Assembly: GCF_963921235.1 (NCBI RefSeq)
Contig: NC_086097.1
Coordinates: 126,916,001 to 126,980,000 of the forward strand
Source of the DNA: Mobula hypostoma
Taxonomy: Eukaryota
Direction of reading: 5' to 3'
DNA: 64,000 bases
Below, piece by piece: positions 37,020-51,037 of the stretch (position 1 is its first letter; every line of letters begins with the position of its first letter). The position numbers were made by a program, and so were the translations under genes. Below the pieces are notes generated by a model, which saw nothing but the letters and a program-made list of their open reading frames with translations, did not search any database and was not told where the DNA came from.

Positions 37020-39190
37020 AGAGATTTCCTTCTCATGATCAAGCGTTGTCCATTTTATCTGCTGCGGGAGTTTTCAGCCATCGTCTTGGTGTACATCCCA
37101 CCTCAGGGTCGTGTCAAACAGGTGAACTGAGCAATGTAATCAACAGGTATGATGCCTTTCCAATCATTTTGGGGGATTTTAACTAGGCCAGCTGGAAAAA
37201 GTCTCTAAATAGCTATTATCAATATATCACTTGCGGAACCTGAGGGACCAACCCACTGGACCACTGCTATACCACCATCAAGAGCACTTACTGTGCCATC
37301 CCACGCCCACACTTTGGAAGGTCTGATCACCTGGCTGTACTTCTACTCTCTGAGCATAGGCAGAGACTGAAGGCTGCAGCATCAGTAGTGAGGACCGAGA
37401 AGGTATGAACAAAGGAGGTGTAGGAGTGCTTACAGCACTGCTTTGAGTTGGTAGACTGGACTATATTCAGGGATTCATCTTCGAGTCTGAACGACGACTC
37501 CACAGTTGTCACCTTCATTAAAACCTGTGTGGATCAGTGTGTACCTACGAAAACTACTATACATACCCAAATGAAAACCCATGGATGAACTAGGAGATTC
37601 ATTGACTGCTAAGGGCTAGAATTTATGGCATTTAATTCTTATGATCCAGCACTATACAACAAGGCCAAGTGTGACTTATGAAGGGCTATATTAAGGGCAG
37701 GGTTTGCAGGCCATTGCTTCCTACAAAGTGAAACCTAACCTCATGGCTGTGATGCTTCACACCCAGATGAGCTCAGCGCCTTTTATGCTCGCTTTGAAAG
37801 GGAGAATAAAACTACAGCTATTAGGATCCCTGCAGAACCTGGTGACCCTGTGATCTCTGTCTTGGAGGCTGACATCAGATTGTCTTTTAAGAGGGTGTAC
37901 CCTTGTAAGGTCACACATTCTGATGGGGTACCTGGAAAACCTGTGCAAGGATATTTTCAGTCTCTCATTGCTACAGTCAGAAGTTACCACTTGCTTCAAA
38001 AGGGCAACAATCATAACAGTGCCCAAGAAGAGCACGGTGAACTTCTGTAATGACTGTCATCCTGTAACATCTACGGTGATGAATTGCTTTGTTTATGGCT
38101 AGAATCAGCTCCTGTCTCAGCAAGGATCTGGACCTACTGCAATTTGCCTGTCAACAGTGGATGCGATCTCACTGGCTTTTCACGCATCCTTGGATCACTT
38201 GGACAATACAAATATCGATGTCAGGATGCTGTTTATTGACTACAGCTCAGAGCTTAACGCAATCATTCCTACAGTTCTGAACAAAAACCTCCAAAACCTG
38301 GCCCTCTGTACCTCCCTCTGCAACTGGCTCCTTGACTTCCTCAATGGAAGACCACAGTCTGTATGGATCTGAAGTAACATCTCCACCTCACTGATTATCA
38401 GCAGTGGTGCACCTCAAGGATGTGTGCTTTGCCCACTGCTGTACTCCTTCAGCACCCATAACTGTATGGCTAGGCACAGCTCAAATGTCACTTATAAATT
38501 TGCTGACAACACATCTATTGTTGGTAGAATTTCAAATGATGATGAGAAGGTGTACAGGAGCAAGATATATCAGCTAGTTAAGTGGTGTCACAACAACAAC
38601 CTTGCACTTGACATCAGTAAGACCAACGAATTGATTGTGGACTTAAAGGGTAAGACGAGTGAACACACATCAGTCCTCATAGAGCGATCAGAAGTGGAAA
38701 GAGTGAGCAATTTCAGTTTCTTGGGTGTCAACATCTCTGAGGATATATCCTCCTCCCAACATATCGATTCAGGTATAAAGAAGGCAGAACAACTGCAATA
38801 TTTCATAAGAGCTTGAGAAGACTTAGTATGTCACCAAAGTCTTTCGCAAATTTCTACAGATGTACTGTGGAGAGCATTTTAACTGGCTTTGTTACTTTCC
38901 GGTATGGGGAGGGGAGGGGACGCTGCACAAGATCAAAATAAGCTGCAGAAAATTGTGAACTCATTCAGCTCCATCATGGGCATTAGCTTCCGTAGCATCC
39001 CGGACATCTCTAAGGAGCGATGTATCAGAAAAGGTGGCATTTACCATTAAAGACCCCTGTCACCCAGGGCCTCTTCTCATTGCTACCATCAGGGAGGAGG
39101 TACAGAAGCCTGAAGGCACACACTCAATGATTTAGGAACAGCTTCTTTTCCTCTGCCATTGGATTTCTGAATGGAAATTTAACCAATGAT
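37020..39190 (+). mobile_element. Decayed Rex1-like LINE (APE-RT)
   Basis: [44 protein letters not shown]. Confidence 0.88.
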
Positions 39191-39229
39191 CACTACCTTG
39201 CTACTTTTTTTGTATTTATTGAATTTAAA

Positions 39230-40560
39230 ACACTCACAGTCACACACTTTTTCCCCTCAATCCCGGCTCCTCTACCAGAGGCCTGGCAGCTTGAGGGTTC
39301 AGAGCAATGTCTTTGCTGTACCTAGTAGCGCGCTGTTCTGGTTTGAGATCTCTGATGTTGTTCCTGGGATTTGTTGGAGCCACTCTCCCAGTCCAGCTGT
39401 CACAGCTCCAAGTGCTCCTATCACCATGGGGATTATTCTGGAATTAACCTTACACATCCTTTCTATCTGGTCTTTCAAGCCCTGGTATTTCTCCAGAGTC
39501 TGATATTCTTTCTTCCTGATGTTACTGTCTTTCGGGATTGCCACATCTATTACTGTTGCTTTCTTCTGTTCCTTGTCCAGTGCTACTATGTCTGGTTGGT
39601 TGGCCAGTACCTGCTTATCAGTCTGTATTTGAAAGTCCCAACAGGATCTGTGCTTTTCCATTCTCCACTACCTTCACGGGTGTTTCCCATTTGGACTTGG
39701 GAGTGTCCAATCCATACTCAGCACAGATGTTCCTGTACACAATTCCTGCAACTTGGTTGTGCCATTCTTGCCCCCTGCTACTGTGTGCTGGATGGTTTCA
39801 GTGGAGTCCTTGCATGGTCTGCATCTTGGACCTTGCCTGGTGTGATAGTTCCCTGCTTCTATTGCTCTTGTATTCAACGCCTGTTCTTGTGCAGCCATGA
39901 GCAGCACCTCTGTGCTGTGCCTCAGCCCCGCCATTGTCAGCCACCTCTGTTGCTGTTTGGTTAGTTTAGGTATTGGCATGTTGTTGCTCAGGAACTGTGT
40001 GAATACTTTTACTGGTTGTTTGCAGAAGAGTGTGTTTATTCGCTTGGCCTCAGCATCCTTAGTACCTCTGTAGTCTGGTAGCCAGAGCTGTTAACCGTTG
40101 CCTGGCATTTTCCAGGGGTTTGGCTATGGACAAACCTCTGTACTTCCTTAGTAGAGAAGATGAGCCTTTTATCTTCATACCATTCTGCAGTGCAGTTAGT
40201 CTGCCGATTTCTGCCTTGTGATTTTCATCTTGGCTTCCAATCATCATCTCCAGAGGGGGTTATGACAGCACTCACTACTGTAGTTTATTTTGTAGCCCAG
40301 CATTTCTGGGACTGCTGCTGCCGATGCAAATATCAGGTTATTGGTCTCAGTAATGCTGGAGGTTGCGATTGTGAGTAGTGCTTCATTGGCTGCTTCTAGC
40401 ATGCTGTCTGATGGAAATTTATCACTTAGTCTGGGGAGCCTTGATCGTTGATTGACAGTCACTAGTTTGGCTATGATCTTCACTCTGATAGCAGCAGGCA
40501 GTGTTGATATGCTCCGAGGTGAAGTTGAAACTGGCATTTCCCATGGACATGGTGATGCTA
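39230..40560 (-). mobile_element. R4-clade-like (Rex6/Dong-type) RLE non-LTR retrotransposon remnant
   Basis: MAAQEQALNT...CRPCKDSTETIQH (CCHC) followed by WDFQIQTD...NQPDIV...IDVAIP...EKYQGL...IGALG (PD..D restriction-like endonuclease). Confidence 0.85.
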
Positions 40561-40589
40561 TTACCTTTGTGCCATCTGTGAGTTATGGA

Positions 40590-41645
40590 CATGGGGTTTG
40601 AGTGGGAATAAAGGGAGCTCTTCCTGGTTGGCTGCTGGTGACGAGTGATATTCCACAGGGGTCTGTGTTGGAACTGATTTGTTTTTAATGTTATATCTTA
40701 ATGATTTGGATGATGGAATTGATGGCTTTGTTGTAATGTTTGCGGACGATATTAGGATAGGTGGAGGGGCAGCTAGTTTCAAGGAGTTAGAGAGGCTACA
40801 GAAAGACTGGGGCAGATTAGGAGAATGGGTAAAGAAGTGGCAGTTGAAATGCAATGTTGGGAAGTGTATGATAATGAAGTTTGGTAGAAGAAATGAAAGA
40901 GTTGTCTATTTTCTAAACGTTGCGAAAATACAAAAAACTGAGGTGCAAAGTGACTTGGGAATCCTCGTGCAGGATTCCCTAAAGGTTAATTTGCAAGTTG
41001 AGTCCGTGGTAAGGAAGGCAAATGCAATGTTAGCATTCATTTTAAGAGGACTAGAATGTAAAAGCAAGGTTGAGACTTTATAAAGCACTGGTGAGGCCTC
41101 ACCTGGGGTATTGTGAGCAGTTTTGGGCCCCTTAGAAAGAATGTGCTGAAACTGGAGAGGGTTCAAAGGAGGTTCATGAAAATGATTCTAGTTTTGAATG
41201 ATTTGTCAAATGAAGAACATCTGATGGCTCTAGGCCTGTATTCACTGGAATTTAGAAGAACAAGGAGTGACCTAATTGAAAATTTTCGAATGGTGAAAGG
41301 CCTTGATGGAATGGATATGGAGAGGATGTTTCCTATGGTGGGAGAGTCTAAGACCAGAGGATACAGCCTCAGAATAGAGGGGTGTCCTTTTAGAATAGAG
41401 ATGAGGAGGAATTTCTTTAGCCGGAAAGTGTTGTATCTGTGGAATTCTTTGCAACAGGCAGCTGTGGAGGCCAAGTTTATATGTATATTTAAGGCAGAGG
41501 GTGATAGATTCTTGATTGATCAGGACTTGAAGGGATATGGGAGGAGACTGGGGCTGAGGGGAAAAATGGATCAGCCATGATGAAATGGTGGAGCAGACTC
41601 AATGGGCCAAATGGCCTAATTCTGGTCCTGTATCTTATGGTCTTC
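40590..41645 (+). mobile_element. CR1 3' fragment
   Basis: YLNDLDDG..MFADD..LQKDW; LERVQRRF; RRNFFS. Confidence 0.9.
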
Positions 41646-42369
41646 AAATGCATGAAACGCTTTCATAGGAAAGCAGCATCTATCATCAAAAATCCTCATC
41701 ACCCAAGAACAGTCACTACCCCTCAACCATCAGGCTCTTGAACAAAAGAGGATAATTACACTCATCTATTGAGATGTTCTCAAAACCAAAGATCTCACTT
41801 TAAGGACTCTATCTTGTTACTTCAAGTCAAGTCACTTTTTATTGTCATTTCGACCATAACTGCTGGTACAGTACACAGTAAAAACGAGACAACGTTTTTC
41901 AGGACCATGGTGCTACATGAAACAATACAAAAACTACACTGAACTACGTAAAACAACACAAAAACTACACTAGACTACAGACCTACCCAGGACTGCATAA
42001 AGTGCACAAAACAGTGCTGGCATTACAATAAATAATAAACAAGACAATAGGCACAGCAGAGGACAGTAGATTGGTGTCAGTCCAAGTTCTGGGTATTGAG
42101 GAGTCTGATGGCTTGGGGGAAGAAACTGTTACATAGTCTGGTCGTGAGAGCCCGAATGCTTCATATTCTTGTTATTTTCTGCTATTTATTTATAGCTATA
42201 TTTCAACAGTCTGTTGTCTTCTATGCTCTAGCTCTTTCATTGATCTTTACAGTTACTATTCTGTAGATTTGCTGAGTATGCCCACAGGAAAAAGAATCTC
42301 AGGGTTGTATGTGGTGGCATGTATGTACTCTGATAATGAATTTTGCTTTGAATGATGAAAACTGCTTGC

Positions 42370-44200
42370 AATACTCCCAAATGCAGTCTGACCAGTGCCT
42401 TGTAAAGCTTCAGCATCACAGCCCTGCTTTCATATTTTGGTCCTCTCAAAATGAATGCTAACAGTACATTTGCCTTCCTTACCATCAACTGACTCAACCT
42501 GCAAATTAACCTTTAGGAAATCCTGCATGAGGACTCCCAAGTCCCTTTGCAACTCTGATTTCTGTATTTTCTCACCTTTAGAAAATAGTCTATGCTTTTA
42601 TTCCTTCTAATAGGTGCATGACCATACACTTCCCTACACTATATTCCATCTGCCGCTTCTGTGCTCATTTCCCCAATCTTTCTAAGTCCCTGCGTCTACA
42701 ATACTACCTGCCCCTCCACCTATCTTTATATCATCCACAAACCTGGCCACAAAACCATCCATTCCATCATTCAAATCATTGACCCTACTATATAACATGA
42801 AAAGAAGGGGTTCCAACACTGACCCCTATGGAACAGCACTAGTCACTGGCAGCCAACCAGAAAAGGCACCCTTTATTCCCACTCTTTGCCTCCTGCCAGT
42901 CAGCTAATATTCTATCCATGCTGGTATCTTCCCTCTAATACTATGGATTCTTGTGTTGTTTCGAAGCCTCATACACAGCACTCTTGTCGAAGGCCTTCTG
43001 AAGATTCAAGTAAGCAACATCTACTGATTCTCCTGTGTATTTCCTGCCTGTTACTTCCACAAAGAATTCCATCCTCCTTCCTTTCCAGTCCTGATGAAGA
43101 ATCTCGGCACGAAACATCGACTGTTTATTTCTTTCCATAGATGCTGCCTGAACTGCTGAGTTCCTTCAACATTTTGTATATGTTGCTGAAGAATTCTAAC
43201 AATTTGTGATGCAAGATTTCTCCTTAAGGGAACCATCTGACTTTGGGCTACAGTATTTAATCACGGGCCTCCAGGTATCCCAAAAGCTCATCCTTAATGA
43301 TGGACTCCAACATCTTCACAACCATTGAAGTCAAGCCAAATGGTCTACAATTTCCTTTCTTTTGCCTCTCTCCCTTCTAAAAAGGAAGTGACATTTGTAA
43401 TTTTCCATTCCTCCAAAACCGTTCCAGAATCTCATGATTTTTGACGGGTCACTACTAATGCCTCCACAATCTCTTTAGCTACCTCTTTCAGAAACCAGGC
43501 ATGTTGTCTGTCTGGTCCAAGTGACTTATGTAACTTCAGAACTTTCAGCTTCCAAGCACTTTCTCCTTAGTAAGTACACATACCTCTGCCCCCTAACACT
43601 CTCAAATTTCTAGCATACTGCTAGTGTCTTCCATAGTGAAGGCTGATGCAAAATACTTAAGCTCATCTGCCATTTCTTTGTCTCCCATTACTACCTCTCC
43701 AGTGTCATTTTCCAGTGGTCCAATATCCACTCTCACCTCTCTATTCTTTATGCAGTATATCTAATAAGAACTTTTGGTACCCTCTTTTATATTATTAGCT
43801 AGTTTACTTAATATTTCATCTTTTATCTCCTTATGGCTTTTTTCAGTTGTCTTCTGTTTGTTTTTAAAAGCTTCCCAATTCTCTAACTTCCTACTAATTG
43901 TTGCTATATTATATGCCTTCTCTTTTGCTTTTATGCTGTCTTTGACTTCCCTCATCAGCCACAGTTGTGTCATCTTGCTTCAGAATATTTCTTCTTCTTT
44001 GGGATGTATCAATCCTGTGCCTTTCAAATTGCTGCCAGAAATTCTAGCTGTTGCTGTTCTGCTGTCATCCTTGTTAGTGCCCACTTTCAGTCAAGTGGCT
44101 AGCTCCCCTCTCATGCCTCTGTAATTTCCATTACTCTATGTAAAACTGATACATCTGACTTTAGCTTCTCCCTCTCAAACTGCTGGGTGAACTCTATCAC
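42370..44200 (-). mobile_element. Decayed CR1
   Basis: VDVAYLNLQKAFDK; QLWLMREVKDSIKAKEKAY. Confidence 0.85.
43070..43188 (+). mobile_element. Penelope-derived hammerhead mini-element with a short TSD, inside CR1
   Basis: aagaattc at 43062-43069 and 43189-43196; cagtc-CTGATGA-agaatctcggcac-GAAA-C-ATC-gactg at 43086-43123. Confidence 0.78.
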
Positions 44201-47200
44201 CCTGTCATAATTTCTACCCAATTTGCACAGTTCTTCTTCCAGTTTATATTGAGCAACACTGAACGCAGTGCTGAGCTCCTGCAGTTGGCATGCTGTTCCC
44301 GAGGTACAGCTGGAAGAACAAGCTGCAAGCGTTTCAGTGTAGCTGTAGTCATCGCCTCTCATTTAGGTTTTAGCCAAGGCATAAGGCTTTGCCTGTTCTC
44401 ATTAATCAATTTTGGTGAAGTCTTTCCCACCTACACATTTGTGGGGTTCTCCTGTCTGAAGTTCTTCTGGGCAATTTAATAGATAATCCTGAAAGCAGGG
44501 TAATTTTGAGATTGGTGGCAGCTTCCTGACTATGAGCTTGCTTTCTTATTGACATGACTCTTCACTTTGGAATTAGTACTTAGGTCAAATGGCCCCTTAT
44601 TGTGCGACCGCCTGTGATTTCTGATCTAGTGTTAGGCTAATTCAATGATGCTTTGAATTATCATGATCTTATTCTTTGCTACTTTGATACCCTGTGCTTC
44701 ATGTGGTAACATAGATGGGCAACTCCATGTGAGTTGTCTCAACAGCACTCACTGGTGAGGCCAACTATTACACAGGTATTTTGGCACAGATTTTCCAACC
44801 TGGTTGGACTAAACTGTGCATTATGGACCATGCTTTCCTCCAGAAATCCTCATTACTATCATAGGAATAACATGGAATAAAAAGAGAGTCCCTGACCTGT
44901 TTTCATCATGAGCAGCCATCGCTGTCTGTACTTTCCCCATCCTTCTCTACAGCTTGAGTGAAGAATCAACTAATCACTGTTAAAATTGGGGCATTCATTT
45001 ACGTTCCTGAACTGTGCTGCCTTTGCTTGTACTTGATCTTCACCCTGTTATGTCTGCAGGCATAGTCTGTCAAATTAAAGATAACTGGACCTAGACCTGT
45101 CCACAGCCAGTCTAAATCCAACCTATCTCAGCCACTCAACACAACTTGACTGTAGCCAATCCAGACTTGACTGCAGCCCTATATGTGTCTGACCCAAGCC
45201 CAGATATTGATCATTTTTCCCACACCTGAACTGACTTGGAGGCATGTGCAGAAAAGTTGGATGGTAGACTTGCTACGCTGCACTTTGGTGATTAGCAACA
45301 GAGGACATGAGTAAGTTTTCCTGGATAAAGGAGTGAGTTGAGCCAACCCAGCTGGCCTGACCTAAATCCAAAATAAACACCAGAGTCTAATAACATGTCT
45401 CCCGGGCTTGCTTGGTACGTTGGCAGTACCTGTCACAGCCTCTGTCCTGTGGTGCTCTGGAACTTAAACTGATGCTCACTCAAACCTAACTCCAGTGCAT
45501 TGCTAGCTGCACAACTTTCCTTTGGCTGTGAGCTCTGCTTCTCTTGAAGTATCACCAACAAATCCCATTGTAAAAGAAAAACATGAATCTTTTCAGGACA
45601 GAATTTATGAGCTTTTGGAGAGGCATGGTCTGACTAGAGATGGTCAGTATGGCTTTGTGGGTTGGGCTGGGGCTTAGGTCATCCCTCACAAGCTTAATTG
45701 AATTCTTTGAGGATATGACATAAAATAATAGTCAGGAGGCATGGGATCCAGGGGAACTTGGCTGTGTGAATTCAGAATTGGGTTTCCCCCAGAAGATAGA
45801 GGGAGCATATGCTGCCTGGAGGTCACTGACCAGTGGTGTTCTGCAGGGATCTGCTATGTGACCCCTGCTCTTTGTGATCTTGGTTAATGATTTGGATGAG
45901 GAACTGGAAGGGTGTCTTAGTAAGCTTGCAGATGACATGAAGGTTAGTGATGTTGTGGATAGTGTGGGAGGTGGAAGGATGGTGGAATCTGGAAAAAACT
46001 TAGTGGGTCTAGCAGCATCTGTGTGTGTGTTGTTGATGTTTCTGGCTGAAACCCTGCATTGGGACCTGATGCAGGATTCAACCTAACATCTACAATGGTT
46101 GCTTAACCCTCTGAGCTTGCTGTTTCAGCTTCATGTTTGTTGATGTTAATCTACCAAAGGCAAATGTAGGTACATGTGGAAATTGCAGACTGAAAGGCCA
46201 AGTTCACTGGGCCCCTGTTCGTGACCACGTCTCTGAGGTGTACAGTAAGCTGAATTGTTGAACCATTCTCAGCAACCCCTCTGTCCAGTGCTGTGAATGT
46301 TGCCGTTGCTGCAGTCTGGTGCATTTCCAGTATCTGCAGGTTTTCTCCTATTTTCATGTCCACATTTCTCCAAGTTTCTGAATATACTGCAACAATGAAA
46401 TCATACAGTACAGAAATAGGCCCGTAAAGTCCACCTGGTCCATAGCAATCCTGATGCCTGTCTAGGCTAGTCCCAGTTGCCTACGTGGCACCCATATATG
46501 TCCTTTAGTCCAAGTACTTGTACAAACATCTTTGTGACATTATAATTGAATCTGCCTCCATCACTTCTAGTAACTCATTTCAGATAACCACCAATCTGTG
46601 TTAAAACTTTACCTGTAAGGAAAACAGAGTTGATAGGCTCTGACTATCCCCATGTTTCTATTTGTATTTCTGGTTGTAGATAAGAGGTCAGGGGTTCTCT
46701 TTCTATGCTTCATTGACCCTCCTGTGACCTTTACTCATTGTTCCAACTTTGACCTTTGATGTGAATGACCACAAAATAAGAGGATAAAAGTCAATGCTGG
46801 AGGTGGGAAAAGATAGAGTGGAAGGATTTGTTTTAAAAGTGTTGGATAAGTTAACATCACCCATTCCAAATAGGCTGCAATTTCATTCTGCTATAAACCG
46901 GTTTTCCAGGTGGCAAGGTTTCTGTCCACAACCTTAAATTACTCACTACTGTGGTAGGGAAAGTGGGTCAATAGTGGATCAATAAAAAACTATGATAGTT
47001 CTCAAGGTCAAAGTTTTGACTATAATGGGATGTATGGATTATTGAGGAACAGATCTGATGAAGGCAGATGGTGGCAGATTCTAATGGAATGGATTCTTTG
47101 ACTGGGCAGCAGTGAGCTGGATAAGGTGTGTGCATTGATCTTCAACAGGGGTTTTAGTATGCAATGCAGCAAACTGACTCAAGAAGCCAAATATGGAAGG

Positions 47201-47264
47201 GATCACCGTGGTTGGGCACTTACTGTCCGTGGGATTGGATTGGCTGTTATTGTCGCATGTTCTT

Positions 47265-47970
47265 GGAAGTAGGGTCAAGAGGGATGTCAGTGGTAAGTTT
47301 TTCCACACAGAGAGTGGTGGGTGCGTGGAATGCACTGCCAGCGACGGTGGTAGAGATGGATACAATAGGATCGTTTAAGGGACTCTTAGATAGGTACATG
47401 GAGCTTAGAAAAATAGAGGGCTATGCGGTAGGGAAATTCTAGGCAGTTTCTAGAGTAGGTTACATGGTCAGCACAGCATTGTGGGCTGAAGGGCCTGTAA
47501 TGTGCTGTAGATTTCTATGTTCCAAGATACAATGAAAATCTTTTGTTTGCCCGCTGTACAAACAGACCATTCCATTTATAATTACGTCAAAGCAGTGCAA
47601 AAGGAAAGTAGTAACGGTGTGCAATAAAGCGTTACATTTAGAGTGCAACGCAGGCAGGCAGATAAGGTACAGGGGCCATGACAAGGTAGATTGAGAGATC
47701 AAGTTCATCTTTGTCATATACGAGTTCCATTAAAGAGTCTTAATAGTGGGATAGAAGTTGTTGTTGAGTCTGGTGGTACGTGGTCTCAAGCTTTTGCACC
47801 TTTTGTTCAGTAGGAAGGGAAAGAAAAGAAAATAGCCTGGCTGGAAGGAATCTCTAATTATGTTGGCTGCTTTCTTGAGGCAGTGGGAAGTATAGACAGA
47901 ATCAAAGGAGGGCAAGCTGGATTTTGTGATAGACTAGGCTGCATTCACAGCACTCAACAATTTCTTGTGG
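47265..47970. mobile_element. CR1 3' end (+) abutting a Rex1/L2-like 3' end (-)
   Basis: ...ttccacacagagagtggtgg...gggcctgtaatgtgctgtagatttctatgtt; the minus strand encodes HCLKKAANIIRDS. Confidence 0.75.
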
Positions 47971-49005
47971 AAGCAGAGAGTAAAATCAAATTGATATTTC
48001 CCAGCTGGAGAGGAGTACATAGTGAAGATTTTTGGGGCCAGTATTAGGACTTGAAATAGGCTTTCACTTTAGAGACAACTAATGATCTGCTCACAGATAA
48101 TGTTCAAGGATTGCTTTACTTGTTCAACCACTCATTATTGAGCCTCAGGTTTGTCTTTTACCCCCAGTTGCTCATTTACTGTAACCCTTGTTCCCAGAGT
48201 CATTCTTCTGGTGTTAGTGTGTGGAGTATTCGCTGCTTTATCTGCTGCAGTTTAGAAATGAGTCTGTGCTATTCTTAAGACAGAGGTAAATAGAGTGCTA
48301 ATATGCAAAGGGGAGTGGGGGGGGCGGGGAAGCTTGCTGTGAATAAGTGGAAATGCAGAATTGAGGTTACAATTAAATGAGCCATTGGGCAGAACAGGTT
48401 TGAGGGGCTGGGCAGTTGGTGTTCAAAAGTCTGATAAGATCAGGTTGGCATGGGAGGTTAGCTATTCATCATGGGTGTAGGGGAACAGAGTTGGGGGCAA
48501 AGTATGGTTTGGGTTAGAACTTCCCCCTGACATCTCTTGTCCTCTTTCCCCTCACTGAAAGGTTAAAGTAAATCCAGTTGATTCTTTTCTCCATTGTAGG
48601 TCAAAGGTGAAAGATGAAAAGTTTAATGGGAACTAGAGGGGAAATTTCTTCACTCAGAAGGTTGTTAAAGTGTGGAATGAGTTGCCAGCACAAGTGGTGC
48701 ACGCGACCTCAAGTTCAACATTGAGGAGAAGTTTGGATAGGTACATGGATGGTAGGGGTATGGAGAGCTATGGTACGGGTGTAGGTCAATGGGACTAGGC
48801 AGTTTAAATGGTTTGGCATGGACTAGATAGACTGAAGGGCCTGTTTCTGAGCTGTATTTCCTATGACTCTAATTATCTCAAATGCACGAGGGGAGGGTTG
48901 GTGGGGTTGATACTGCTCCTCCGTTCTACAAAGTGACCTCATTAGTCTAAAGAACATTTGGTGTAGATCAATAACTGCTTGTATAATTTATGTTTTGTTT
49001 TGTAG

Positions 49006-49059
49006 GGACTACTTGGCAAACAAGGTATTCCAGGCTTACCTGGACCCCCAGGCATACAG
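49006..49059 (+). CDS. COL21A1: 54-bp Gly-X-Y exon GLLGKQGIPGLPGPPGIQ
   Basis: tgttttgttttgtag| and |gtaata; six triplets. Confidence 0.92.
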
Positions 49060-49590
49060 GTAATATATATTGTGGCTTAATTGTTGCTGGCTATTAATCT
49101 TGAAATGAAATAGATCATGTTGTTGTAATGGCTTATGTATCCCAATCTGATACCTTACCTTTCTTAAATCAGAAATACTGGAGTACTCTAGGCCCAAACT
49201 CTGCCATTTCTAACTAATTCTAATTCCTCCCCAGGCAGTAACCTTCCAACCTCCTCACTTGTCACTCCATAACTTTTGCCCCAACCCATGACCCATGAGT
49301 CCACAGTACCTACATCTCCAACTCCCACATCCAGACCTTTCTCACAAGGCATTTAATTCAGACAGTAGACCACTCCTTCCCACCCTGCCACCAGGCTCTG
49401 ATTAAATCAGCACCTGTCCTCAATGGTGAAGGAGAACTTCCATAATGGAAGTTCTCTCCTTATTCTTCAGTGAAAGCTCTACGTTTATGTCTCTCTTATT
49501 TGTCGATTCACAGCTGAAGTCATTTCTGATAATTTTCCATCAAGGTTCCCCAGTTAGAGGAAAGATGTTTGTTTAACAATGTATGGATTA

Positions 49591-50027
49591 CACTCAGTGG
49601 CAACTTTATTAGGTCTGCCTGTACACCCGCTTGTTAATGCAAATCTCTCATCGGCCAATCAGTATATAAAAGCATGCAGACATGGTCAAGAGATTCAATT
49701 ATTGTTCAGATCAAACACCAGAATGGGAAAGAAACATGATCTCAGTGACTTTGACCATGGAATTATTATTAGTGTTAGACAGGTCGGTTCGGGTATTCCC
49801 AAAACTGCTGATTTCCCGTGATTTTCACACAAAATAGTCTCTAGAGCAGAGGTGACAAAGACTCAGATAACCATGCAATGCAGCACTGGTGTGCAGAAGA
49901 GGATCTCTGAATGCACAACATGTCAGACCTTGAAATAATGGGTTACAGCAGTAGAACATCGTGAACATACACTCAGTGACCACTTTATTAGGTACAGCAA
50001 GTAACTAATAAAGTGACCACTGGAGTG
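49591..50027. mobile_element. Tc1/mariner MITE, same family as 33800, with an extra internal TIR
   Basis: TA-cactcagtggcaactttattagg; second TIR at 49970; inverted TIR ending at 50027-TA. Confidence 0.85.
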
Positions 50028-50983
50028 TATACTAACATATGTGTGGTTGACATAACTGTAGCTAAAACGTTGTCACCATAAGGCCACCCATGGCCGTTGA
50101 CAGTTTCTGTTGGAGAGGACTACTCAATAAAATACTAATCCCTGCTTATTCCAAGCAGCATCCATTTGATTTGCTCTCTCCTCTCCATCATCCAACATCC
50201 TCCCAATGGTGCAGCATGTCCTTCATGCTACCAACACATTTACAGAATTTTTCTGAAAACCCTGCGAGCAACCATATTTCGTTTAGCTGCCTAATACTAA
50301 TCGGAACAGCTACATATGACTTGCCTTTAGTAAAACCTTTTCTGGGGAGGTTCATTGGATATCTTTCATAAATCACCTTCAGTATCCAAAAGTATCTTTT
50401 GCTTTGGATCCCCTTCAATAATCCCACATCCTTTCCACAACACAGAAACTCCCATATTCAGACCTTGCTCACAAGACATTTAACTCCAGGCAGCAGACCA
50501 TTCTTTCCCATCCTGCCACCAGGCTTTTTACCAAAGCAGCACCAGGCCTCAATGGTGAAGGAGAGAACTTCCATTCCATGATGGAAATAATGCAGCACAG
50601 CTGACTCCCACACGATGGCCATTCATGTAACGAACATTGCCCCTTACAGAATTCACAATGCACTACCTAAGAACGTGAGATAAAAGATTCACTTACACAG
50701 AATTTAAATTAAAGTAGTAAATAAATATTCTTTTTCAACTCGTGTTTCATGCCACAGCTTCGCATTACAAAATGTCATGAGTGGCATCCTTGGAATGCAG
50801 TTGGTAATGGAAGGGTCGCCTGTAATCTACAGTAGGTGCAGCCTCAAATAAACTATTTGATCTTATCAAGTTTTTAATATGGGATAATTATATGCCTTTT
50901 AAAATAGAATTTGTTGTGCCTCTTGTCCCATGTAACCCATGCTTTTTAATTTTTCTTTAACTTGTACTTATCCTTCTTTTCAG

Positions 50984-51037
50984 GGTAAACCTGGTTTGCC
51001 TGGACCCCAAGGGGAACCTGGACCAAGAGGGTACAAA
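50984..51037 (+). CDS. COL21A1: 54-bp Gly-X-Y exon GKPGLPGPQGEPGPRGYK
   Basis: tccttcttttcag| and |gtagga; six triplets. Confidence 0.92.
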
